NCBI GenBank assembly: GCA_046563655.1
Contig: CM102285.1
Coordinates: 1,178,001-1,242,000, forward strand
Direction of reading: 5' to 3'
DNA length: 64,000 bases
DNA from: Yuukianura sp. NJ FZ-2021
Lineage: Eukaryota
Shown here: in pieces, positions 37,841-49,037 of the stretch
Layout of the letters: the number at the start of each line of letters is the position of its first letter
Numbering within the stretch: position 1 is the stretch's first letter
Program-made: the position numbers and the translations under genes
The notes under the pieces: generated by a model
The model's input: the letters and a program-made list of their open reading frames with translations, nothing else
Databases searched by the model: none
Told to the model about the DNA's origin: nothing

Positions 37841-40800
37841 CTAATCAGAATTTAGACATTGCAGAATGTGCAGCCCTCCTCAAGTGCTTTTCAAAATTTC
37901 CTTTGTGATAAGACGTGTAGTCACAATTGTTGCAACGAAAAGTCGGTGTTTTTCGACACTGAAATCTAAAACAAAGGTTTAAATGCTTAAATATTGTAAA
38001 TGTATTTTATGTATTGTAAAATACAAACACACATGTCATAACTGCGAAAACTTCGAAAAAAAAATCATCTCAATGTTCAACATTATTATCAAAAAACCTA
38101 AATAATTATAACAAAAAAATATACCGGAGGTGTGACCTAAGATATTTCATCCGCTTAAATGATCGGCCACAATTTGCATTTGGACAACAAAATTGGCTGC
38201 CTAAAACTCAGAAAAGAACGAAAATATTTAAAAAAAAAAAAGAGTTCACAACATAAATCAAAATCAAAAAATTTAAACACCCATGGCGTTTGAAAAGTTC
38301 ACTAACTTCCACAAACTTCAAAAAAGTCAAATTCCAACTTAAAACTCAAAATCCAAACTCCGAAGCGCTATAACATTTCTGAAAAATTTTCAAAAAATAA
38401 AATAAGAATGTGTTCTAATTTTCGAAATTCAAAACCCCTAAAAACAACGTTTCTTTTTTCATAACTTAAAGTATTTTGTTATGTTAGAAAGCGGAGTATG
38501 TCCAGTCTTCTTCACATGATGTCTCAAATTTCCTTTGTAATGATTCTTGTAGCCACACTCGCAATGAAAACTCGGTTCTTTCTGACACTCATATCTAAAA
38601 CCAGCCCAAAACTTAAGAAAATCCACTTACTTTTCATCAAATACAAACTTCGAAATTTCGATTTCAATCATCCTCACCGAAAATGGTTACTCAAACCGCT
38701 TTTTGTCCAGTAACTCCGATTACAGCCAACAGTCGGACACTGGAATCGAATCCCTGTTACCCCAAAAACATGTTTGTTTTTTCGTTTTTGAAAGAAAATG
38801 TTTCCAATTGAATTGTGAATGAAAACAATTTCCAAAACCTGGCGACCTTGAGAAAAACACGCAACGGAAAGTGGAAAGCTAATTTTAAAAAATTGAGACG
38901 ATGCCACTACAATTCTGAAAACTAAAATATTGAAATTTAGAACAGCCACGTCAATTTTTCTGTTGACTTTGGAAATAAATTTTTACCAAATTTTAATTCT
39001 CGCCGAATTCCAGCAAAGACTAACCACTCCAAAAACATTCAGGTAATGCAAAACAGTGTTTAAAAGCCAGCTGATGAAAAACCTTGCATTTTTCCTTGAT
39101 CGATTAACCATTTCCCGACTTTCAAAAGTCAAAAGCAATGAAACTAGCTATTTTTATTTCTTTACATATAGCTTATACTTTGTACATTTTTAAGTTTACT
39201 TAAATTTAGATCGTGAGAAATGTCCAGCTCTCTTCACATGTTGTTTGAAATTTCCTTTTTGATGAGTCTTGTAGCCACATTTGCAATGAAAGCTCGGTTC
39301 TTTTTGACACTCATATCTAAATCGAAAACTTAATATTTAAAAAATTTATTTTTATTCTACGCTAAATTATGTAAAAAATTTTAAACGTCAAGATTTTGGT
39401 TGGAATTATTCTCACCGCAAATGGTTGGCCAAACCTCCTTTTGTGAAATAACTCCGAGTACAACCAACAGTAGGGCAGTGGAACACATTCTCTAGTTACC
39501 ACAAAAACGTAATTTAAAAAACATGACTTCTTAACAAAATTTAAAACATGGCGACCGTGAGGAGAACATGCAATCACTAGTTGACTTCAGCATGAAAAAC
39601 TGGAAAATATAAAACTACTTTTACCAAGAATCTAAACTAAAATTAGGAAATTTCGAACTACTATCACATAGTCCATAACCGTAGAGCACTTCACCAAATT
39701 CATTTAGTGATTGGATCAAAATCTAACAATTTTTGGGTTTTGGGACTCGGAAAATGTCCACTTCTCCTCAAGTGTCTCTTAAAATTTCCTTTTTGATGGA
39801 ACTTATAACCACATCGGCAAATAAAACGTGGTTCTTTCTGGCACTCGTTTCTAAAACAAAACAAAACTTCACTTTCAAATAAAATCAGAGTGTTCAATAA
39901 AAAAATTTCGAATACAAAAATTAATGTTCCAAAATCGCAAACTTCAAAATTTCGAAAAACCCTGCCTCACCGAACATGGTTCCCCAAACCGCTTGATGTC
40001 CAGTACTTCCGGTTGCAATTTATATTAGGACAGTGGAACCGTTTCACTGTAGTTTTACGTCAAAAAATAATAATACGAGAAAGTATTTTTTTAAATACCA
40101 TGCAGTTTTTAAAAATGGCGACATTGAGGGGAACAATTTTGGACAAACAGCAAAATTTATTTCAAAAGTTACTTTTCAACTTTTTTTTTTTTCAATTGAT
40201 TTAGCACTACAGAGAAGAGGTCAACTGTGCCGAATGCCCTTTACTTTTCAAGTGCCTGATAAAATTTCCTTTTAGATGAAACTTGCAGCCACAGTTGCAG
40301 AAAAACGTCGGCTCTTTCTGACACTCAAATCTAAAACAGTAAAACCTCAATTGTCCAAACTTTTGAAACAAAAATCAGAAAACTTCAAAATTTTGATTTC
40401 AATTATCCTCACCGAATATGACTCCTCAAACCTTGTACTGTCCAGTAACGACGCTTACAACCAGCATTAGGACAAGGGAGTCGTGTACCTACGTGTATTT
40501 CACGAAAAAAAAGTTGAAAAACAGATATTTTAAAAAAAAAACATAAAAAAAACAATTTTTAATTTAAGAAAAGCGATTTTAGAGCAAGACGACTTTGAGG
40601 ATCGAGTAATGTCAATGTGTAGCAAAAATCTAATAAATCTAACTGGTGTTTTTGAAATTCGTGACGTTTCAACTTAAAATATAATAAATAATTTTATTTC
40701 ATATAAAAGTCAACGACTTTCACTATGGTAGTGTTTCATGTGGCGATTCAAATTGGACTTTCTGTGGCATTTATAACCACAGTGGCAATGGTAACCAGGC

Positions 40801-43800
40801 TGCTTGTTGCATTCATACCTAACGCATTCAAAAAAAAATTCCAAGTTCCTTCAAAAAAATTTGTAAAACAAAACCAAATTTTCACTTTGATCAAATTTGA
40901 TCCAGTAAAAAAAAATTGACGTACCGAATATGTTCAGTGAGATTCCCTTTTCGACGATAAGAACGTCCGCAAACTCGACAATAAAACCGATTGATGTTAA
41001 CATTCACTACATAAGTGCCAAAAATATTTCACAAACCCAAAATTTGCAGCAAATAACTTATTTTGATTTTTTTACTTTAACACATAGACCTTGAGAAGTT
41101 CACTAACATACCGAATTCAACAGAAACTGCAGCCTGCATATCAGTTCTCAAAATACAAATATAAAAAAAACTTTCTTAATGTATCTAAATCTATTTATAA
41201 TTTAGAAATTATGTCAAACACTCATTTTCCACGACGTTTCCCTTTTTTCATGAAGTATTGGTCAGAACTTGGAGAATGTCCGAGAGTTTTCAAGTGTTTT
41301 TTTAAACTTCCTTTTTGATAACTCTTGTAGCCACATTGGCAATGAAAACTCGGATCTTTTTGACACTCGTATCTAAAAGAGATAAACAAATATTTCATTT
41401 TGCACAATTTCCGAAAACAACAAAAATAAGAATAAATTTACAGTAAAAAATCAGAAAATTTCATTTCGATTTGAATTATGCTCACCGAAAATGGTTAATC
41501 AGCCCTGATTTTGACATGTACCAACGATAGCAACCAACATTAGGACAATGGAATCGATTCATCCCTATTTACGCCAACAAATTAAGTTCACAACTCAAGT
41601 TCATTACAAACTTTGAATTTGTAAAAATTAAATTTAAAAGGTTTAGAAAAAGGTTTTTTTTTTTAACATGGCGACTTTGAGCGGAGTTAGGTCAAAACCA
41701 AGAGCGATTTTATTACTTGAAATGAACTTAAAAAAAACTCTGAACAACGATTTCGCATTTTCAAAAAAGTGGAGAATGCCCACTAGTTTTCACGTGTTTG
41801 GTTAAGAATCTTTTTTGATAAAACTTGAAACCACATTCGCAATGAAAAGTAAGATCTTTCTGGCAGTGGCAGTAATACCTAAAAATAAATTTAGTTTCCC
41901 AGAATTTAGTACATAAAAAAGCTCAACTTCAAAATTTAGATGCGAATTATATCCTCACCACAAATGACGCCACAAACTTCCTACTGTGAAGTACCGACGA
42001 TTACAGCCAAAATTCGGACAATGATACTGAATCTCTATTTGCGAAAAAAAAAACCAAGAAGTTACATACGAGTATGTTTCTTTTTTTTTTAAATGAACAA
42101 AAAAAAATGTAAAAGTCGATTTTCACCGATGGCGAGTTTGAGGAAAGTAGAAAAAAAATTAAAAACTTAAAAAATACATAAAACTTTTTTAAAAAAAATT
42201 TGACGACTATTGAATTTCTTTTGCAATGTTCCTCTAGACCCGATATCTAAAATTAACCATTTCACACAATTGAAACGGAAACTAACATCTTTGTTCATAA
42301 TCTACCGCCTTTTTTTCGGGAAACGATACTAGACAGTGGAGAGTGCCCCATCCTCTGCAAATGTGATATTAAATTTCTTTTTCGGATAGTCTTGTAACCA
42401 CATTTGCAATGAAACTTCGGATCCTTTTGACACTCATTTCTAAAAACAAACGCAAACCATAAAGTTTTTAAAACATTTTTCGGAAAAAGACTAAAAATCT
42501 AAACCTTTTCATGTTTTGAAAACGAACCTACCGAAGATGGTCCGCGAGATGGCCTTTGTGACGATAAGAACGACCGCAATTTGGAGTTAGACAATAAAAC
42601 CGATTGTTTTTAAAAATCACTAAAACAACCAACAACAATCTAAAAAAATCCGAAACAAATCTTCGACCTTTGAGAAGTTCACTACAATTTAAAATTTTAA
42701 ATTTAATTCATCAACAATTTCCAAAACATAGATTCCAAAGGGAGACTTTTTTTTTTTAATAAAACGTTCAACAAAATTTCACACCAGGATTTCAAAAATT
42801 TGAGATGGCAAAAGCCTATTTTCCAGTATGTTTTCGTTTTGTCTTAAAAACTGACTGAGTAGGTGGAGAATGCCCAGTTTTTTGCAAATGCCTTTTTAAG
42901 TGTTCTTTTTGATAAAACCTGGAGCCACAAGCACAATGAAAACTGGGGTCTTTCTGGCAGTACAATCTAGAAGAAATTCATTTAGATTTTACTTCAAGAA
43001 ATTTAAAAAAAATCAAGTTCCAAATTTCGATTCCTCACCGCAAATGATTCCCCAAACCTCCTTTTGTCAAGTACCAACGGCTACAGCCAACATTGTGACA
43101 ACGGAATCGTGTCTCTGTTTGCCCCAAGCAAAAAAGTCAATAACGTCAAAAAAAATCAAAAAACGATGAAAGCCTAAGTTCTTTGAAAATGCGTTTAAAA
43201 AATTGTTAATTTTCAACAATGGCGACTTTGAGGAGAGTAATCTTGACAAATCAATAATTTACAAAAAATTTCATTCAAGTAAAAAATCGAAAATCTAAAC
43301 AAAATTGAAAACTTAAAACTTAAACAGCTTTGGCCTTTGCCAACTGAATAAAAAAGCAAACCTTTAAAAATCTAGATTCAAAGAAACTTCTTCAAATATT
43401 TAAGGAGTACATTTCTAGACCCGAATTTTACAATTCAAAATTTCAAAATTTTACACAATTCAAAACCGTTTTAAACGCACATTATGATTTCATACACTAC
43501 GACCTCTTTTTGAAAAGGCCACTAGACAGTGGGGAATGCCCTCTTCTCAGCAAATGTGATTTTAAATTTCCCTTGCGATGACTCTTGTAGCCACATTTGC
43601 AATGAAACCTCGGAGCTTTTTGACATTCATCTCTGTAAAATGCAAAACTCCAAATTTCAAAAACATTTTTTTCAGAAAATGAACTCAAAAACTAAAACTG
43701 TTCAAAATTTCAAAAACAACCTACCGAAGATGGTTCGAGAGATGATTTTTGCGACCATAAGAACGACCACAGTTTGGAGTGGGGCAATAAAACCGCTTCG

Positions 43801-44455
43801 TTTTAAAAATCCCTAAAATACCAACAAGAATCTCACAAAACCAAAATTTTGAAACATCTTTGACGCTTGAGAAGTTCACTACATTTCAAATTCAAAAAAA
43901 GTTAAACGACAATTTTCCAGATTCTAGAGAAACTTTTTAAAACATTAAAGGAACTTTCTCCCTCACAGTGCCTTTTTCTAGACCCCAACTTGCTAAAAAC
44001 ATATTCTCGGTTTTAATCCAAAATTTTGAAAAATTGACAAAATTCAAATTTTAAGTTGTTTTTTTTTACCGCCTTTTTGAACAAGTTACGTTAGATAGGG
44101 GAGAGTGGCCACTCCTGTTCAAATGTGCTTTTAAATTTCCTTTTCGATGACTCTTGAAACCACATTGGCAATAAAACTTCGGATCTTTTTGACAATTATC
44201 TCTAAAAACGAAATGAATATTTCAGAAAGATGAACTAGATTTTTTAAAAATAATTTTGAACTCTTTATAATTTTTGACTATTCTCACCGAATATGGTTCC
44301 TCAAACCTCCTCGTGTCCGGTAACGCCGTTTACAACCAAAATTTGGACAACGATACCGACATTCTAAACCACCAAAAAAAAATCCTTTCGCATCGATTTT
44401 TCTTTTTTCGTTGTACAAAAAAAATCGAGGCAAAAAAATGACGACTTTGAGTGGA
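37841..44455 (-). CDS. Proximal block of two-exon ZF variable cassettes (~12 pairs, mostly ECQK.P.F.C.CGYK...KGN...H....GH type)
   Basis: Approximate spans: 37841-38200, 38464-38753, 39200-39490, 39700-40047, 40200-40487, 40690-41008, 41222-41563, 41760-42033, 42302-42620, 42844-43112, 43497-43812, 44066-44362. Checked example: exons 43812-43725 and 43632-43497 give GIFKTKRFYCPTPNCGRSYGRKNHLSNHLR|DECQKAPRFHCKCGYKSHRKGNLKSHLLRRGH...*. Confidence 0.85.
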
Positions 44456-45159
44456 AACACAAATCAGAAAAGTTAAACAAATTTTTCTTCAGGCACAGAA
44501 ATATCCAACTTTTACGAATTCTACAAAATTTCTTCCGATTCAGAACTTGGTCTTTATTTAAAAAAAAACTATTTAAAAGTTACTAAAAATTATATTCAGC
44601 ACATAAGCACAAGTGTAAAGCTTTCTATTACCGGGATTAATCAAATTCTGTTCTCGCACCAAAAACTGTAATTTCAGAACCGTCGGCTCAAGAAAAAATG
44701 TTCACTGTATCTGTATAACCCATTCCCTGCTTCCGGCTCTCCAGAATTCGAAACCACGTTTGCTTCCAGTATTTCTTCTAAAACAGAAATCTTAGTTTAA
44801 AGAAAATTCACCACAGACGACAATGAGAGAGATCTTCAGAAAAATGAAAGGTAAAATAAAAAAAAGAACGGCCGAAATATGGCAAAAGTAAAAATTAATT
44901 CAAAACGATTTTGAAAAAAAAAACTGAAGAAAATTTGTCAACTATAACGTTGAAAATTGCAAAAATTCATAAAAATTAAACAAGAAATCCACACACACAA
45001 ACACATACAAAACGACAGATATTGCTTTAGTAAATCAAGGTTAGTAGCTTCCAAAATAATAAAAATCAACTGAAAAAATATGACTTGATTGTCCAAAACT
45101 GACTCTGGTTTCTAATCTAAGCAAAATCAAACCCCGTAACCTAACCATGACCTAACACA

Positions 45160-45458
45160 TTAACTATTTCCGTCAATTGACGAAGCACCCAAACTAGCAG
45201 TCGTGTCGCACAATACCTCAAACAATCCGTGTTTCAGAGACTCAAAACCGAGATTATCTACATCTTGGTGGATTTGAACTTCCGGAACTTTGGCGTGTAC
45301 CCGATTCATATGATTAGTGAGATGTGTATTGCGTTTTGCCTTAAACGGACACAGAGTACAACTGAATCTAGGTGGAATTGCTGGACAATCATACAGTAAA
45401 TGCATTTTGCGACTCTTCTGCGTCACAAATTTACGACAAGCACGACACATAATTCCAC
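45160..45458 (-). CDS. Single-exon ZF variable cassette (C2HC + C2H2)
   Basis: TTTGATTCAG|GT phase-1 acceptor; GGIMCRACRKFVTQKSRKMHLLYDCPAIPPRFSCTLCPFKAKRNTHLTNHMNRVH..., the lola-type finger pair. Confidence 0.8.
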
Positions 45459-45710
45459 CTGAATCAAACCACAAAAAATCATGAGCCACCGATTACGCCA
45501 GAAACTACTCTCAATTCCAAATTCCAAAACTTTCAACTTCAAGTCAACACCAGACGGCCCTGATTGGCACACCACAACGTTAACGTTAGTACGTTTACGC
45601 ACAAACGACAACTTCACAACTCAAAACTGATGTTTCACAGAACCACCGAAATTTTACTCACAAAAACCGAAATTTTTGAGTATGGTAAAAAAGTAAACAG
45701 TCTTCGGATC

Positions 45711-45910
45711 CTACATGTGATCTTTCTTTTTCATGTGAGCCAATAAGTGATGTTTCTTTTTCGCCACAAAAGTACACCTTAAGGGACATCGCAGATCAGC
45801 CAATTTGGACTGAAACTCACAGTCATTTGCTGCGTGACGAAGATGATCCAATAACCCTTTGTCAGGGTAAGTATTTCCACAACCGTGACACTTCCATGTG
45901 TTAACGCAAC
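45711..45910 (-). CDS. Single-exon ZF variable cassette
   Basis: Phase-1 acceptor TTGATTAAG|GT; GCVNTWKCHGCGNTYPDKGLLDHLRHAANDC...LRCPLRCTFVAKKKHHLLAHMKKKDHM*. Confidence 0.65.
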
Positions 45911-46041
45911 CTTAATCAACACAAATACCCGCTTGTGACCAACAAAATATGGCTAACATTTCAGTTCAAGCGAGTAACACATTATACCTATTCAATGTTT
46001 TTGTTAATTCATGACTGCTAGCAGAGATAAAGCAGAGCAGT

Positions 46042-46199
46042 TTACTGAAAGTAAATAGTACTTTCACAAATCACGTCACCAAAATTGCAGATTTCATTAA
46101 TTGCAATTGCCATTGGCGCATTTCTGCTAAAATGACTGGGCTTGCTAGTGGAGCAAGCCTTTTGCAGTAGCAAAACTGTCACACCGTAACAGTTTTTAG
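46042..46199 (-). CDS. Candidate zinc-finger-less terminal exon
   Basis: Pyrimidine-rich acceptor TTTGTCGCTTCTTCAG, open in phase 1 for ~52 codons, preceded by a selector-like motif at 46258-46276. Confidence 0.4.
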
Positions 46200-46682
46200 C
46201 TGAAGAAGCGACAAATCGACGATCGTTGCTTAGAGACAATCGATCCGACTCGATTGAATGCCATGGCGAACTTAAGTTTTTTTTCCAAAAGAGTGTCAGA
46301 GTAAAAGAGAGCTCGGTATCCACCAATACTTGGTCATGATCTCACGAAATCAGCTGATCATCGAATCAATAAACTCAGCAACAAGAATAAGCAAAGCACC
46401 GTTATGTTATTTCAAATTCAAGCGGAATTTGCCTATGTTCGGATAAGTGGCAATGATACTGGAACATGAATACGACTTAACCAGTTTAGTTTAGTAATCC
46501 AATTTTGAAATGAAGTATTCCGAAGCGAAAGCATTCGGAAAGATTCCAAAGATTCAAGCAGTTTCAATTTGAAACTTTCGAGACAGAAAACGTTATAAAT
46601 AAGGAAAGACATCTTTAAAAACGTTATGTCTGATCAGTTGTGATCTTTTGTAAATCGTTAACTTTACGACTTTGTTTTAACG

Positions 46683-46712
46683 TGGTGAACCTCTCAAGGT
46701 CGCCATGGCATA
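46683..46712 (-). promoter_or_regulatory. Putative splicing docking site (transcript 5'-UAUGCCAUGGCGACCUUGAGAGGUUCACCA-3')
   Basis: Lies 33-63 nt into the intron after the last constant exon. The only full-length copy noticed in this orientation; complementary to motifs upstream of ~45 variable cassettes. Confidence 0.8.
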
Positions 46713-46745
46713 TAAACTCAAAGGCAAAAGAAGTTCGGGGCTTAC

Positions 46746-48089
46746 CTTCGCCGCCTTCAGCACCACCGTCGTTGTTTCCGGATCCGCCAGGCATCTCTCC
46801 GTCGTCGTCAGGCATTTGAGAATTGTCACCGTCACCGTCGCCCATTTGCCAAGGCTCAGAAAAACCTGGAAAATAAATCAATGGAATTATGTTATTATTC
46901 AATTCATAACTTATTAATAGCTCAAAAGTTTAGTTGATCATAGTTTGGTGATTACTTGATTGGCTCATGGAGTTTTCTTCCTCCTCCAATTCGATATCGA
47001 TAGGACCAGTAGCCTCCAATTTCATCTAAAAATATTAGAAAACGGAAACAAAAACGTAAGCACTGGAACTACATTCGTTTTGGTTAAACTACATTTTGTA
47101 TTATTAAACTGACCACGTCAACTCCGATTTCGAAAGGCTCAGTGTCTTCCACCATTCCGCTCTGTCCGTAGTCCCTGTCGCGGGAGTGTCCAGAGTAACC
47201 AGGTGAATCGTAATGACTGGAGGTACTTGAAGTAGAGGCAGCTTGTAGAGGATCGGTCAATTGAGATTTGATAGGAGCAGACTGAACATCAAGCAGTGGA
47301 TCGATCATCTGAGACTGTTTTTGTAATGCCGCAGCAGCAGCAGCGGCGGCTTGAGTAGAAGAGCGTGTTTCAGTCCTAGGCTTCTTTGGAGTCGGAGGGC
47401 CAGTTGCAGCAATGGGTACCCCAATGGGGCTCGGAGGAACTGAATTCTGAGTGAATGAATGCTCTGGAAAGTTTCGTGGGGCACCCATATTGAAAGATGA
47501 GGCGGCCGAAGTTGGTGCTGGAACTGGTGATGGTGGAGCCACAGGAACAACTGGTGGAGCTGGAGCTGGTGGTTGCTTTGTGACTCGACTTTTGTTAGAA
47601 AGATCTGGAAGGATAATTGTATCTGAGGCAATACTGTTATTGGCAGTTTCAACATCGGCGAGACCCCGAATTTTGAGTGCTTGTGCAACTGCCAGAAGAG
47701 AGGGGAGATCATCCTGAGGAATGTTGACCTCTCCACGGTACATGTATTGAATAAGCGCCTTCAGTTCAGTGTACTTGACATCCTTGAGGAAGAAGATTGG
47801 ATGTTTGTTGGGGTCGATATTGATAAGATCCTAGTGTAGCAAACAACACACATAAGCAACAATAAGCTCCATATTTGTATCGTAATCAGAATTGTTAGTA
47901 AAAAGTGTAAGTAAGTACCTGGAAGTAAGGACTGCATGCCGAAAGTATAACTTTGTGGGCTCGGATATATTGCCCATCACAGGCAAGAGTGACATCCACC
48001 AGGGACTCACTGGATAGCAGGGCATCGAATACTGACAAAACAGTGCCTTGATGACTGGTCCAACGCAGCCGAATAACCTGGCTGTCCAT
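46746..48089 (-). CDS. lola: BTB/POZ (tramtrack-group) constant region of a lola-like transcription factor; exons 48089-47919, 47830-47114, 47025-46956, 46865-46746
   Basis: MDSQVIRLRWTSHQGTVLSVFDALLSSESLVDVTLACDGQYIRAHKVILSACSPYFQ|DLINIDPNKHPIFFLKDVKYTELKALIQYMYRGEVNIPQDDL matches the lola-type BTB as recalled (HQxTxxSVFDxLL, KHPIFxLKDVKY). All introns are GT-AG and frame-consistent; the last exon ends GAAG|GTAAG in phase 1. BTB identity is secure; lola orthology is inferred. Confidence 0.85.
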
Positions 48090-49037
48090 CGTTGCGAAAC
48101 GGTTTCCTTCCACCCGCTCTTACAGTATGCAATACGTTATCAATGTCCTATAATACAAAAAAAAATGATAAGTTGTTAAATGGAGTTAAAACTAAAACTA
48201 AACCGTCAACAGTTCCACCAACACTAGAAGTCGAAACTAACGACTCAAGGTCCAATACGGATATCGATTACCTCAGAAAAAATCAATGGCTCACCGACTG
48301 AACTCACTTCCTTTCCTGGGGATGCGAGCGTTTAATGGCCTGTAGTGATACTACTGGAACCGCAGTCAATCCCGAAATTCGAACCGATCCTGCAGAAGAC
48401 TGTCATCAAGTTTACGTTGACAGCGAGTAAAAGTAAAGTTAATCAATCTTAGTTAATTAAGTTACAATTCCACTGAAGACTGAACTCGCAAGGGAGGGAA
48501 CGGCAAGAAAACAGAGCAAAACGACACAAAACAACAACCAACGCCGATGGAGGCAAGAAAAGATATGGAGGAAGGAGGGAGAGGACAAGGAGGGAAAAGG
48601 GTGGAAAGTGGGAGCGATGAAGAAGGAAGGGCTGAAGTATACCCAACTGTTCCGGTTGTAACCACATAGTTAACTATACCTACATTAAAATATCGTTTTC
48701 TACCACCTTTTGGGCGTAGATTCCGAATCTGAAATTTGTTTTTGACGGTCATACCCCCTTCTTGGTCAGACTAATTAATTAATTAAAATTAATCATTTTT
48801 TTAAATTTTGTTTAGGAGAATAAATTTATTTAACTATTTCTCCTTTAAAAACAGATTTCAGATTCGGAATTTACGCCCAAAAGTTGATATAAAAAGATAT
48901 TTTAATGAATGGTGACAAATGGATGGGAAAATGTGACAATGGATGGTTGCACAAAGGGTTCAAGCGATGCAATGTAATGTTACGCCAACCTACACGCCAC
49001 CAAGATTCTACGGGGTGAGGTGATGAAGAGTGACAAC

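Noticed and set aside
12124-43816. The many 60-140 aa ORF-track calls across the array, especially on the + strand
   Set aside because: Antisense shadows or intron read-through of the minus-strand ZF exons; K/F/N-rich low-complexity translations.
12149-44453. Recurring ttgagaagttcac motif as a CRISPR-like repeat or TE end
   Set aside because: Eukaryotic context, degenerate copies, spacing of hundreds of bp, no cas genes or TSDs; position is tied to splice acceptors.
45423-45560. TACTAAC branch point plus CAG acceptor near 45560 as the start of the ZF exon
   Set aside because: In phase 1 it reads a non-ZF frame; the ZF frame has a stop upstream of 45489, so 45458 is the compatible acceptor. 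It could be a minor alternative site.
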